Assembly: GCF_030028105.1 (NCBI RefSeq)
Contig: NC_092397.1
Span: forward strand, 20,532,630-20,596,629
Length of the DNA: 64,000 nt
Reading direction: 5' to 3'
Source: Mobula birostris
Lineage: Eukaryota
Under the pieces are notes generated by a model. It did no database searches, was not told where the DNA came from, and saw nothing but the letters and a program-made list of their open reading frames with translations. Positions 23,640 through 37,590 of this stretch are shown piece after piece (the first letter of the stretch is position 1; each line of letters opens with the position of its first letter). The position numbers were made by a program, and so were the translations under genes.

Positions 23640-26246
23640 GCATTACTGGTGTGTCAGCTTCACTTTCCCCAGCAGCATTTTTCAAACACCCACCAGTCTC
23701 CATGGAAAATAAGAACTCACCTCCCAAATCTATTTTAAACATTCCCTCTCTCTTTTTTAAATTAAAGCTCTGCTCTTGAGTATCTGACATTTGCTGCCTG
23801 TGTAAAAGTCTGTCTACCTTATTTATTTTAATAAGTCTCTGCTCAGCCTTTGAAACTCAGCAGTAAAAGATGTACGTTTGTTCAATCTAATGTTATAACT
23901 GAAACTGTCTTTCCTGTGATGTGACAACCAGATCTGATCACAAGACGCCTGAAGTGATCTGACCAAAGTTGTGTGCAGCTGCAACATGGCTGCCGACTTT
24001 TATCCTCAACAGCTGAGCCCCTTCACCAGGATGTCCAGTTTTGTCATTTTCAGGAGGAATCTTTTTCTGCGACCCAACATCCCCCTGTATCTCAGTGCTT
24101 CAAAGGCTCCTGTCATTCCTGCATCCTTTGGCTTTGCAATGAGAATCAGAGTTAATACAATGTGGAAAACAGGTGCTTTGGCTGTCCTCCTCCCTGCTGA
24201 GCTAATCCAGCCTGGCTCTGCTGAGCCCATAGACCTCGAAACCTTTGCTAACCGTGTACTTACTCAGGTGGTTTTAGAATGTTTCTAATGTGTCTGCCTC
24301 GACCACTGGCAGCTCATTCCAAATACACACCACCCTCTGCCCGCTATGTCCCTTTTAAATCTCTTGCCTCTGATCTGAAACACCAGTCCTCGTGTTTTTA
24401 CCAACCCTTTCCTGGTCCCATTGATCTTACATCCCTCTGTCAGGTTCACCCCTTAATATGTATGCTCCAGGGTATAAAATACTCGTCTATACCACCTCTC
24501 CCGATAACTCAGACCCCCAAGTCCAAACAACAACCTGGCAATTTTTCTTTCTCTGTGCTCTTTCTAGTTTAAAAACATATTTTTGCTACAAATGGCTGAT
24601 CAAAACTTTACACAGAATCCCAAGTCAGTCCTCATGAAAAACTTGTTTCTCTACAACACATCTTCTCAACTCTTATACTCTGTGCCACGAGTGATGAAGG
24701 CCAGCAGGTCAGACACCTTCACCACCGTATCTAGCTGAGATGTCACTTTCAGTGAACTACTTAACACTTTACTTTATTGTCGCCAAACAATTGGTACTAG
24801 AACGTACAATCATCAAAGCGATATTTGGTTCTGTGCTTCACACTCCCTGGATTACAAATATTAAATATTAAAGATATTAAAACTAGTTAAAATTAGTAAA
24901 TATTAAAAATTTAAATTATAAATAATAAATAGAAAATAGAAAAATGGGAAATAAGGTAGTGCAAAAAAGCCGAGAGGTAGGTCCGGATATTTGGAGGGTA
25001 CGGCCCAGATCCGGGTCAGGATCCGTTCAGTGGTCCTATCACAGTTGGAAGGAAGCTGTTCCCAAATCTGGCCTTAAGAGTCTTCAAGATCCTGAACCTT
25101 CTGCTGGAGGGAAGAGGGACGAAAAGTCTGTTGGCTGGGTGGGTCATGTCCTTGATTATCCTGGCTATACATGTATGTGAACTATACATTCACATCGACA
25201 TTGTTTATATAAATTATGAACAACAAATGTCCCGGCACCCAGTGGCACACCACGAGACAGAGACCTCCAGCCGGAGGCACAACCCTCAACCATCAGCCTC
25301 TGCTTCCTATCACTGAGGCAATTATGAAACTAATAGACTATCTCTCATGGATTTCATCTTCCAGATCTAACCCTCCAGACCTGTGTCAAAGGCCTGGCTG
25401 ATGTCCATACAGACAACATCCACAGCCCTAACCTCATCAACGCTCTTGTGAAGTTCCTCGAAGAGCTGCAAGAGATTGTCAGACATGATTTCCCTTGCAC
25501 AAAGCTGTGCTGACTGTCCTGAATCAGACCAAATGTTGGTAGATCCAGTCCCTCAGAAACTTGCAATTTACCCAACAACTGGCCTGTAGTGTTCCGGCTA
25601 GTTTTCACAACCTTTTTGAAACAATGGCACCGCATTAAACTGTGAGTCCTTAAGTCGTAGGAGCAGGATTAGGCCATTTGGCCCATCCTGTCTGTTCTGC
25701 CGTTCCATCATGCCGGATTTATTACTCCCCATTCTCCTGCCTTGTCCCCGTAAACTCTGATGCCCTTAATAATTAAGAACCTTCTAACCTCTGCTTTAAA
25801 TATACCTAATGACTGTTTTTTGGCCGTCTGTGGCAATGAATTCCATTGATTCATCACCTTCTGACAAAATGATTCCTCCTCATATCTGTTCTAGAGAGAA
25901 ATCTCTATTCTGAAGGTGTGATTCTTCCATTATTGGAAACATCCTCTCACATCAACTCTATCTAGGGCTTTCAATATTCAATAGTTTTCAATACTATCCT
26001 CTGTCATTCCTCTGGACTCCAGCCAGTTCAGGCCAAGAGCATCAAATGATCATTACGTCGTTGTCCCTTCAGTCCCGGGATCATTCCCGTGAGTCTCCCC
26101 TGCAGCCTCTGCAATGCCAGCAGCTTAGAAAAGTGACCCAGATCTGCTCATAATCCTCCAAATATGGTCTGACCAAACCCTTGTAAAGCCTCAGCGTTAG
26201 ATGTTTGTTTTTATATTCTAGTTCTCTGGAAATGAATGAGAACATT
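23640..26246 (-). mobile_element. Old CR1 fragments with a Rex-type tail (~24765-25165)
   Basis: LIQDSQHSFVQGKSCLT, LRLYKGLVRPYLE; AT-rich tail with actttattgtc. Confidence 0.65.
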
Positions 26247-28829
26247 ACATAGAAACATAGAAAATAGGTGCAGGAGTAGGCCATTCGGCCCTTTGAGCCT
26301 GCACCGCCATTTAGTATGATCATGGCTGATCATCCAACTCAGAACCCTGTACCACCATTCCCTCCATACTCCCGATCCCTATAGCCACAAGGGCCATATC
26401 TAACCCCCTCTTAAATATAGCCAATGAACTGGCCTCAATTGTTTCCTGTGGCAGAGAATTCCACAGATTCACCACTCTCTGTGTAAAGAAGTTTTTCCTA
26501 ATCTCTGTCCTAAAAGGCTTCCCCTTTATCCTCAAACTGTGACCCCTCGTTCTGGACTTCCCCGACATCGGGAACAATCTTCCTGCGTCTAGCCTGTCCA
26601 ATCCCTTTAGGATTTTATACCTTTCAATAAGATCCCTCCTCAATCTTCTAAATTCCAACGAGTATAAGCCTAGCCGATCCAGTCTTTCTTCATATGAAAG
26701 TCCTGCCATCCCAGGAATCAATCTGTTGAACCTTCTTTGTACTCCCTCTATGGCAAGAATGTCTTTCCTCAGATTAGGGGACCAAAACTGCACACAATAC
26801 TCCAGGTGTGGTCTCACCAAGGCCTTGTACAACTGCAGTAGTACCTCCCTGCTCCTGTACTCGAATCCTCTCGCTATAAATGCCAGCATACCATTCGCCT
26901 TTTTCACCACCTGCTGTACCTGCATGCCCACTTTCAATGACTGGTGTATAATGACACCCAGGTCTCGTTGCACCTCCCCTTTTCCTAATCGGCCACCATT
27001 CAGATAATAATCTGTTTTCCTCTTTTTGCCACCAAAGTGGATAACTTCACATTTATCCACATTAAATTACATCTGCCATGAATTTGCCCACTCACCCAAC
27101 CTATCCAAGTCACTCTGCATCCTCTTAGCATCCTCCTCACAGCTAACACTGCCGCTCAGCTTCGTGTCATCCGCAAACTTGGAGATGCTGCATTTAATTC
27201 CCTCATCCAAGTCATTAATATATATTGTAAACAACTGGGGTCCCAGCACTGAGCCTTGCGGTACCCCACTAGTCACTTCCTGCCATTCTGAAAAGATCCC
27301 GTTTATTCCCACTCTTTACTTCCTGTCTGCCAACCAACTCTCTATCCACATCAATACCTTACCCCCAATACCGTGTGCTTTAAGTTTGCACACTAATCTC
27401 CTGTGTGGGACCTTGTCAAAAGCCGTTTGAAAATCCAAATATACCACATACACTGGTTCTCCCCTATCCACTCTACTAGTTACATCCTCAAAAACTTCTA
27501 TGAGATTCGTCAGACATGATTTTCCTTTCACAAATCCATGCTGACTTTGTCCGATGATATCACCGCTTTCCAAATGTGCTGTTATCACATCTTTGATAAC
27601 TGACTCTAGCAGTTTCCCCACCACTGATGTTAGGCTAACAGGTCTATAATTCCCTGGTTTCTCTCTCCCTCCTTTTTTAAAAAGTGGGGTTACAGTAACC
27701 ACCCTCCAATTCTCAGGAACTAGTCCAGAATCTAAAGAGTTTTGAAAAATTATCACTAATGCATTCACTATTTCTTGGGCTACTTCCTTAAGCACTCTGG
27801 GACGCAGACCATCTGGCCCTGGGGATTTATCCGCCTTCAATCCCTTCAATTTACCTAACACCACTTCCCTACTAACATGTATTTCTCTCAGTTCCTCCAT
27901 CTCACTGGACCCTCTGTCCCCGACTATTTCTGGAAGATTATTTATGTCCTCCTTAGTGAGGACAGAACCAAAGTAATTATTCAATTGGTCTGCCATGTCC
28001 TTGCTCCCCATAATCAATTCACCTGTTTCTGTCTGTGGGGGACCTACATTTGTCTTAACCAATCTTTTTCTTTTCACATATCTATAAAAGCTTTTACAGT
28101 CAGTTTTTATGTTCCCTGCCAGTTTTCTCTCATAATCTTTTTTCCCTTCCTAATTAAGCCCTTTATCCTCCTCTGCTGAACTCTGAATTTCTCCCAGTCC
28201 TCAGGTGAGCCACTTTTTCTGGCTAATTTGTATGCTTCTTCTTTGGAATTGATACTATCCCTAATTTCCCTTGTCAGCCACGGGTGCACTACCTTCCTTG
28301 ATTTATTCTTTTGCCAAACTGGGATAAACAATTGTTGTAGTTCATCCATGTGATCTTTAAATGCTTGCCATTGCATATCCATTGTCAACCCTTTAAGTGT
28401 CATTTGCCAGTCTATCTTAGCTAGTTCACGTCTCATACCTTCAAAGTTACCCTTCTTTAAATTCAGAACCTTTGTTTCTGAATTAACTATGTCACTCTCC
28501 ATCTTAATGAAGAATTCCACCATATTATGGTCACTCTTACCCAAAGGGCCTCTCACGACAAGATTGCTAATTAACCCTTCCTCATTGCTCAATACCCAGT
28601 CCAGAATAGCCTGCTCTCTGGTTGGTTCCTCAACATGTTGGTTCAAAAAACCATCCCGCATACATTCCAAGAAATCCTCTTCCTCAGCACCTTTACCAAT
28701 TTGGTTCACCCAATCTACATGTAGATTGAAGTCACCCATTATAACTGCTGTTCCTTTATTGCACACATTTCTAATTTCCTGTTTAATTCCATCCCCAACC
28801 TCACTACTACTGTTAGGTGGCCTGTACAT
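26247..28829 (-). mobile_element. Young CR1 LINE, 5'-truncated ORF2 (endonuclease to C-terminus; one frameshift, two stops)
   Basis: YRPP, MGDFN, ILDWVL, SDH; [23 protein letters not shown]; tail (TATGTTTC)n. Confidence 0.95.
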
Positions 28830-28867
28830 TTGTCTTCCTTGTTACCAGCTCAACATGAACATTGACC

Positions 28868-30645
28868 TTCCTGGTGAATTTATTATGGGGAACAAGGAAA
28901 TAGCAGACGAGTTGAACAGGTACTTTGGATCTGTCTTCACTAGGGAAGACACAAACAATCTCCCAGATGTAATAGTGGCCAAAGGACCTAGGGTATTGGA
29001 TGAATTGAAGGAAATTTATATTAGGCAGGAAATGGTGTTGGATAGGCTGTAGGGTCTGAAGGCTGCTAAGTCCCGGGACCTGATGGTCTGCATCCCAGGG
29101 TACTTAAGGAGGTGGCTTTAGAAATCGTGGACACATTGGTAATCATTTTCCAATGTTCTATAGATTCAGGATCAGTTCCTGTGGATTGGAGGGTGGCTAA
29201 TGTTGTCCCTATCTTCAAGAAGGGAGGAAGAGAGAAAGCAGGGAATTATAGACCGGTTAGCCTGACGTCGGTGGTGGGAAAGATGCTGGAGTCAATTATA
29301 AAAGATGAAATTACGACACATCTGGATAGCAGTAACAGGCTTGGTCTGAGTCAGCATGGATTTACGAAGGGGAAATCATGCTTGACTAATCTTCTGGAAT
29401 TTTTTGAGAATGTGACTATGAAAATGGACAAGGGCGAGCCAGTGGATGTAGTGTACCTGGACTTTCAGAAAGCCTTTGATAAAGTCCCACACAGGAGATT
29501 AGTGGGCAAAATTAGGCCACATGGTATTGGGGGCAGAGCACTGACATGGATTGAAAATTGGCTGGCTGACAGAAAGCAAAGAGTAGCGATTAACGGGTCC
29601 CTTTCGGAATGGCAGGTAGTGACCAATGGGGTACCGCAGGATTCAGTGCTGGGACCGCAGCTGTTTACAATATATATTAATGATTTAGATGAGGGAATTG
29701 AAAGTAACATTAGCAAATTTGCCGATGACACAAATCTGGGTGGCAGTGTGAAATGTGAGGAGGATATTATGAGAATGCAGGGTGTCTTGGACAGGCTGGA
29801 TGAGTGGGCAGGTGCATGGGAGATGCAGTTTAATGTGGATAAATGTGAGGTTATCCACTTTGGTGGTAAGAATGGGAAGGCAGATTATTATCTAAATGGA
29901 GTCAAGTTAACAAAAGAGGAAGCACAACAGGATCTAGGTGTTCTTGTACATCAGTCACTGAAAGCAAGCATGCAAGTACGGCAGGCAGTGAAGAAACCTA
30001 ATGGCATTCTGGCCTTCATAACAAGGGGAATTGAGTATAAGAGCAAAGAGGTCCTTCTGCAGCTGTACAGGGCCCTGGTGAGACCACACCTGGAGTACTG
30101 TGTGCAGTTTTGGTCTCCAGATTTTAGGAAGGACATTGTTGCTATAGAGGGAGTGCGGCGTAGATTCACAAGGTTAATTCCCGGGATGGCGAGACTGTCA
30201 TATGTCAAAAGATTGGAGCGACTGGGCTTATATACTCTGGAATTTAGAAGGCTGTGAGGGGATCTTATTGAAACATATAAGATTATTAAGGGATTGGACA
30301 CGCTGGAGACAGGAAGCATGTTCCCACTGATGGGTGAGTCCAGAACCAGAGGCCACAGTTTAAGAATTAGGGGTAGGCCATTTAGAACAGAGTTGAGAAA
30401 AAACTTTTTCACCCAGAGAGTGGTGGATATATGGAATGCTCTGCCCCAGAAGGCTGTGGAGGCCAAGTCTCTGGATGCGTTCAAGAAAGAGATGGATAGA
30501 GCTCTTAAAGATAGCGGAATCAAAGGTTATGGGGATAAGGCAGGAACTGGATACTGATTGTGGATGATCAGCCATGATCACAGTGAATGGCGGTGCTGGC
30601 TCGAAGGGCCGAATGGCCTACTCCTGCACCTATTCTCTATTGTCT
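28868..30645 (+). mobile_element. Young CR1 LINE, 5'-truncated ORF2 RT
   Basis: 381-aa ORF 29112-30257 with QHGFTKGKSCLTNL, LDFQKAFDKV, FADD; tail ctattctctattgtctatt; ATTGACC repeat at both ends. Confidence 0.95.
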
Positions 30646-30652
30646 ATTGACC

Positions 30653-33000
30653 CCAAAGTCCCTTTGCACGTCTGATTTCTCAATTTACTCCTTGATTACA
30701 AAGAGCTTACACCTTTATTTATCCTACGAGAGTACATGACCACACACTTCCTTATACTGTATTTCATCTGGCACCTCTTTGTCCATTCTCTAAATCTGTG
30801 CAAGTGCTACTGCACACTCCCTGCTTCCTCAACATTGCCTGCCTTTACATCTCTCTTTGTGTCATCCACAGAGTTGGCCTTAAAACTATCAATTCTGGAT
30901 TAGTCACTGTCCAGCTGTGGCCTGAGATGAAGCAACAATCTCTCCCCTGGCCTCCACAGTGTATTCTCTAACTTCCCACAAAGTACGAGAATGTACCTGA
31001 TAAGGCCCGGGAGATTTAACAACTTTAATGCACCTTAAAGTCTCCGATATAGATCCCTGCCCATTTGAATGTGGTCTAAGACATCGCAGCTCATTTCTGT
31101 CACTTCCTTAGCTTCCGCATTTTCTCAATGGTGAGATAACTGTTGGTAATATTCATGGAAAGCCTCTCGTATTTCCTTCGGTTTCACACACCGATGCCAT
31201 GTTCATCTCCAAGGGGAATGATTCTCTAACCTCCCTTTTCCTCTGAATATACCAAGAGAATCTCTTGGGATTTTGCTCACTTTGCCTTCCAAATTCTGAT
31301 ATCCTCATGTTACCCTCCTAACAGTTATGAGAGATCCTATGTCTGAGTCTTCTCGAATACTTTCCCGAGCATTGATCCAAATCTCACTAGTCTATATTTT
31401 CCTGGTTTGTCTCTATCATCTGAGGAACAACGTGCCCTGGAATATCAGCATCACTTCCTTCTCTGATCTCACTATCCTCGATGACCACGTTGATGAATAC
31501 TGATGTGAAGAACTGGTTTAGTCCCTCGCCCACTTCCTCTGGATCCAGACATCAACCCTCTCCTTTGTCCTTGTGTTGCGGTATCCTCTCTGGAGTGCCC
31601 CTTCTCACCAAAGTCATTCTTTGTCCCGGTTTGGCACTTCTGATTCTCTCTTTAACTTCTCTCTTGCTTGCTTCATATTGCCAGAGGCCTTCTCCAATTT
31701 TTACATCTAAAACATTCGTTATGCTTCCTTTTTTCTTTCAGTCTGAATTTATAACATCTCTCAGCATACATATCTGCCTGACATTACCATCCTCGTCTTT
31801 CCTCCTCGTAGAAATAGTTTTGTCTGAATTCTGACCCAATTGCGTTTAAACATCACTCACATGTTAAATGTGGACTGATCAATCATAGCTGCACCCAGTC
31901 CCCTCTCCCCAGTTCCTGCCCAACACAGTTTCCAATAGCTATACCCCAATTGACCACATTAGACCATTGCTGTCTACAAGAAGGGTCAGAGCCGTCTCTA
32001 TTTCCTGAGGAGACTGAGGTCCCTTAACATCTGTCGGACGATGCTGAGGATGTTCTACGAGTCTGTGGTGGCCAGTGCTACCATGTTTGCTGTTGTGTGC
32101 TGGGGCAGCAGGCTGAGGGTAGCAGACACCAACAGAATCAGCAAGCTCATTCATAAGGCCAGTGATGTTGTGGGGATGGAACTGGACTCTGTCACGGTGG
32201 TGTCTGAAAAGAGGATGCTGTCCAAGTTGCATGCCATCTTGGACAATGTCTCCCATCCACTACATAATGTACTGGGTGGGCACAGGAGTACATTCAGCCG
32301 GAGGCTCATTCCACCAAGATGCAGCACAGAGCGTCATAGGAAGTCATTCCTGCCTGTGGCCATCAAACTTTACAACTCCTCCCTTGGAGGGTCAGACATC
32401 CTGAGCCAATAGGCTGGTCCTGGACTTATTTCCTGGCATAATTCACATATTGCTATTTAACTATTTATTACTATTTTCTATTACTATTCTATTACTATTT
32501 ATTATTTATGGTGCAACTGTAACGAAAACCAATTTCCCCCGGGATCAATAAAGTATGACTATGACTATGACTATTACCACCGGGTCCAGTCTTGCCCTAT
32601 TTGCTGTTCCCAAATGGCAACTTCTATCAACGGTCAGGCTCATTTCCCAACACAATGTCTTCTATGACCCGCTTCCCTGGTTAGATTATTCTCTCCTGAG
32701 TTAAGAAACATCCCAGGATACTTCCAACAAGCTCTGCAATAATCTGAGCCCCTGGCTCTAAGGGAGTCCCAGACAACACAGGGGAAATTAAATTCACCCA
32801 CTACAACTACTCTTTTGCTTTTACCTCTTTGATTACTTGCTACATTTCTGTTCCTTTATCTCCTGCTGGCATTTGGGAGACCTGTGATATAACCCCATCA
32901 GTGAACGCACCTCTCTTATCCTGAGCTCTATCCACATTGTCCCACTGGATAATCCCTGCAGTCATCCGTTATTCCCATCTGTCTTGGTAGGGAGTTGTAG
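30653..33000 (-). mobile_element. Old CR1 host element, decayed (interrupted by Rex copy 2)
   Basis: Continues the old CR1 sequence from 26246 and 28830-28867; endonuclease-region remnants up to ~33000. Confidence 0.6.
31975..32573 (+). mobile_element. Rex/Babar-type LINE 3' end (copy 2)
   Basis: KKGQSRLYFLRRLRS...MLRMFYESVVAS; tail GGGATCAATAAAG(TATGAC)3. Confidence 0.85.
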
Positions 33001-33349
33001 TGCTTCCGATACAGTGTTATGTTTTTGATCAGTCTGTGCCATTGTAGAACAGTATAGGTGTGTATTGTAGTTTCTTGCAGCTCATAATTTTGCACACCAT
33101 AGTCTTGAACTGTCATCAGATTGTGTAAAAGGAGAGAGAGTTTAAACAAAGTGATCAGGGGCAGTTGGCACATTTTGCATGTCACAGTTCCCAAGGAGAT
33201 ATTTGATTGCCCATAATTGGGAACTTGACAAGATCCAATAAAAATAAGTTGGGTTTAAACAGAGCGGTCATTGCATGAGTGGGCCAAAATTGGAGTGGGG
33301 AGGGGTAAGACGGACGTAGATATTTTTTCTTTATTCTTTATCATTTTCT

Positions 33350-35978
33350 TGTTACACATTTAGAGCAGAGGGGATGCCAGACAAAATACTAGATTGCTCT
33401 TCTTGCTGGATGTGGGAAGAAATGGAGACATCCAGTGTCCCTGATGACTACTCTTGCAAGAAGGCATACAGCTGAAACTTTTATCAGGCCGTGCTGAGGA
33501 GTTGGAGATTGAACTGGATGAAATCTGGATCCCTCGAGAGACTGAGGTGTTGATAGGCAGCACAAGGTGTGGGATAATTGTCAGGAGGGGGAGAGTGGGG
33601 GGGGAAGAGGGAGCAGGGTTGAGCTGTAGTGAGGGGGATTCATTGATTAGGGGAACAGAAAGGGGTTTCTGTGAATGTGAACAAGGTTCCCAGATGGTTA
33701 TTGCCTCCTGGGTGCCAGGATCAGAGAGACATCTCAGATTCATTTCACAGCATTCCTAGCTGGGAGTGTGAGCAGCCTGAGGTTCTGATTCACTTATTTA
33801 CCAATGACGTGGACAGGGTGACTGTCCACGTCCTGCAAAGTGAGTTCAGGGAGTTAGGTGCTAAGTTAAAGGACAAGATCCCCCAGGGTTGTGATTTTCA
33901 GGATTACTACCTGTGCTACATGCTAGTGAGGTCAGAAATAGGAAGATCATCCAGTTCAAGGAGGCTCAGGAGTTGCTGCAGGAGGGAGGGCTTCAGCTTT
34001 TTGGATCACTGGGCTCTCTGCAAGGAAAGGTGGAACTACAGAAGCATCGGTTTGCACCTGAACTGGAGGGCACTAATATCCCAGTGGGAAGGTTTGCCAG
34101 GGGTTATGGTTTGAACTAGAGGGGCAGGGGGATGGGAACCAGAGCACCAGAACAGTTAGTGGAATTAGTATGGGAAAAGATATTCTTCACTTCACAAAGA
34201 AAGTCAGGAATCAAAAGGTTGATCAAGGTAGGACTTATGTTCTGAGCTACATATAATTTGGATGTGAGGATTATTGTAGGAAAGGCAGAGAAGGTCAGGA
34301 CCTAGATCAGCTTGTGGAATTATGACATTGTAGCCATTAGTGAGACTTGTACGGTACATAGCAGGTATAGACAGGCAGAGACAAATTGGGTACTTGAGTT
34401 TAATGGGGTGAAAAGAAAACATGAGGTGAGAAACATAGAAAACCTTCAGCACAATACAGGCCCTTCAGCCCACAAAGCTCTGCCAAACATGTCCTTACCT
34501 TAGAAATTACTGAGGGTTACCCATAGCCCTCTATTTTTCTAAGCTCCATGTACCTATCCAGGAGTCTCTTAAAAGGCCCTATCGTATCCGCCTCCACCAC
34601 CGTTGCCAGCAGCCCGTTCCACGTACTCACCACTCTCTGCGTGAAAGAACTTACCCCTGACATCTACTCTGTATCTACTTCCAAGCACCTTAAAACTCTG
34701 CTTTCTTGTGCTCGCCATTTCAGCCCTGGGAAAAAGCCTCTGACTATCCACACGATCAATACCTCTCACCATCTTATACACCCCTATCAGGTTACCTCTC
34801 ATCCTCCATCACTCCAAGGAGAAGAGGCCGAGTTCACTCAACCTATCCTCATAAGGCATGCCCGCGCCCCCCCCCCCCCCGGCCAATCCAAGCAACATCC
34901 TTGTAAAGCTCCTCTGCACCCTTACTATGGTTTCCACATCCTTCCTGACGCCGCTCTGGTCGGGCAGGAATGGTCTAAGCACAAGTCGAGAAATTATAGG
35001 CCAGTGAGCCTAACATCAGCTGTGGGACGTTTAGTGGAAAGTTTTCTAAGCAACCAAGGATATAATTATTTGGATAAACATGGACTGATTGGGAATAGTT
35101 AAGATAGCTTTGTGTACAGTGTTAACTAGTCTTATAGAGTTTTTTGAGGAAGTTACTAGGAAAGTTGATGAATGCAAGGCAGTGGATGTAGTCTAGGTGG
35201 ACTTTAACAAGGCCTTTGACAAGGTCTCACATGGGTGGTTGGTCAAGAAGGTTCAGTCATTTGGCATTCAAGATGAGGTAGTAAATTGTATTAGGCATTA
35301 GGTTCAAGAGTGGTTGCAGATGATTGCCTCTCTGACTAGAGGCCTGTGACTGGTGGTGTGCCACAGGGATCGGTGCTGAGTCCATTGTTTGTCATCCAGA
35401 TCTTTGATATCGATGACAATGTGGTGAACTGCAACAGCAATTTTGTGGATAACACCAGGTACGATGAACAGTGAGGAAGATGCTCAAAGTTTGCATTGGG
35501 ATCTGGAGCAGCTGGAATTTAATGCTGACAAGTATGAGGGGTTGCACTTTGGGAGGACAAACCACGGTAGGTCTTACACAGTGAGCAGTCGGGCACCAAA
35601 AAGTGCATTAAAGCTGAGGGATCTGGAAATACAGATTCATAATTCCCAGTAAGTGACATCACAGATAGATAGGGTCATACAGAAAGCTTAGGCACATCGT
35701 ACTTCGATTTACAAAGGGCAAAGCACAGGAGATAGGTGTTATGTTGAAGTTGTATTAGATATTGGAGAGGCCTGATTTGGAGTATTGTGTGCAGTTGTGG
35801 TCACCTACCCACAAGAAAGATGTAAGTAAGCTTGAAAGAGTGCAGAGAAAATTTACAGGATGTTTCCTGGATTTAAGCACCTGAGTTCTCTGGAAAGATC
35901 AAATAGGTGAATTTTATTCCTTGGAATATGGAGTATTGTGGGGAGAATAAACAGAGGTATACAAAATTATGAAGGGTG
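33350..35978 (+). mobile_element. Decayed CR1 with ORF1 (zinc finger, esterase) and ORF2 pieces; nested antisense CR1 3' end at ~34430-34945
   Basis: CSSCWMWE, GDSLIRGTERGFC, GLHLNW, WNYDIVAISET, NYRPVSLTS. Confidence 0.75.
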
Positions 35979-36401
35979 TACTGTAGATGGCATAATGATG
36001 TTTATATGTCAGAGTTACAGTGAAATACTGTAGATGGAGTAATGATGTTTATATGTCAGAGTTACAGTGAAATACTGTAGACGGGGTAACGATGTTTATA
36101 TGTCAGAGTTACAGTGAAATACTGTAGACGGGGTAACGATGTTTATCGGTCAGAGTTACAGTGAAATACTGTAGATGGAGTAATGATGTTTATATGTCAG
36201 AGTTACAGTGAAATACTGTAGACGGGGTAACGATGTTTATATGTCAGAGTTACAGTGAAATACTGTAGATGGGGTAACGATGTTTATCGGTCAGAGTTAC
36301 AGTGAAATACTGTAGATGGGGTAATGATGTTTATATGTCAGAGTTACAGTGAAATACTGTAGATGGGGTAATGATGTTTATAGGTCAGAGTTGCAGTGAA
36401 A
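35979..36401 (+). repeat. 47-bp minisatellite, 9 copies
   Basis: Unit TACTGTAGAYGGRGTAAYGATGTTTATMKGTCAGAGTTACAGTGAAA, head to tail with no spacers. Confidence 0.97.
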
Positions 36402-36717
36402 TGCTGGATTGTCCAGCTCTGGGCTGTCAGTATTGTGTTTTATTTAGAGAGCTGTGTGCTGTACTGGTCTGTGTCCTCACTGGCCGGTGCTGTGCTCTGG
36501 CAGCTCAGTGTGTTTGAAATACAGTGTCAGTGTTTTTACTGAAGAGTGTCTTTATTACACAAACTAACCTTGTCTACCATGGACTTTAAACATTGCTGGG
36601 AGGTGAGGGGAGGGTTTGGAACCACTATACCTGACTCTGAAGGATCTGACAAATTCGCTTTGAACGTCCTGTTTGTTTATTCCCACAACCCCTGCAGGCA
36701 GTGAATCCCAGATGAGA

Positions 36718-36803
36718 ACCGCTCTCCTGACAGACAACGGTGGGAATTAAACCCAGGTCGCTGGTACTGTCACCACTGCACTGACCATGATGCTCCTGTG
36801 CCA
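36718..36803 (-). mobile_element. tRNA-derived SINE head (V-SINE family)
   Basis: Reverse complement has an A-box-like start and B box GGTTTAATTCC. Confidence 0.55.
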
Positions 36804-36829
36804 CCCTTTCCTCTTTAAACCCGTCCATT

Positions 36830-37590
36830 CATCCAGACCTCATGCCCACCGGCTAAAGAATTCCAGACGTTCCCTGCATCAGATGCACGTCAACTCTGGC
36901 AGGGGTTACAGCCATTACTTCCTACAAAGCAAACCCAACATCATGAATGACAGTGAGGCTTCACAACCAGACCAGCTCAACCCTTTTATGCTCACTTTCA
37001 GAGGAAGAATAAAGCCACAGCTATGAGGATACGTGCAGCGTCTGATGACCCTGTGATCTCTGTCTTGGAGGCCGACATCAGGCTGTCTTTCAAGAGGCTG
37101 AACCCTTGCCGGGCAGCAGGGCCCGATGGAGTACCTGGTAAGGCTCTGAAAACCTGTGCCTACCAACTGCTGGAAGTGGTTTTTTCAATCCCTCACTGCT
37201 ACAGTCGAAAGTTCTGACCTGCTTCAAAAGGGCAACAACTGCTCCGGAACCCAAGAAGGTCAGTGTGAGCTGCCTTAACGACTATTGTCCAGTTGCACTC
37301 ACATCTCCGGTTATGAAATGCTTTGAGAGGTTGGTCATGGATAGAATGAACACCTGTCCCAGGAAGGACCGGGACCCACTGCAATTTGCCTCTCGCCACA
37401 ATATGTTTGTGGTAGATGTGATCCCAGTGGCTCTCCACACAGCACTGGATCACCTGGGCAATACAAATACCTATGTCAGGATGCTGTATATTGACTAGAG
37501 CCCAGCATTTAACACCATCATTCCTCGTCCTGATAAAATAGCTACAGAACCGAGGCCTCTGTCCCTCCTTGTGCAGCTGGATCCTCGGCT
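36830..37590 (+). mobile_element. Rex/Babar LINE RT fragment
   Basis: AAGPDGVPGKALKTCA.QL; CLNDYCPVALTSPVMKCFERLV; DPLQFA; YVRMLYID. Confidence 0.85.

Noticed and set aside
26247-30645. Twin-priming inversion of a single LINE
   Set aside because: Both halves contain the same RT region and their own 3' tails, so they are two independent insertions.
35979-36401. CRISPR-like array
   Set aside because: Units are contiguous with no unique spacers; eukaryotic context with no cas genes.
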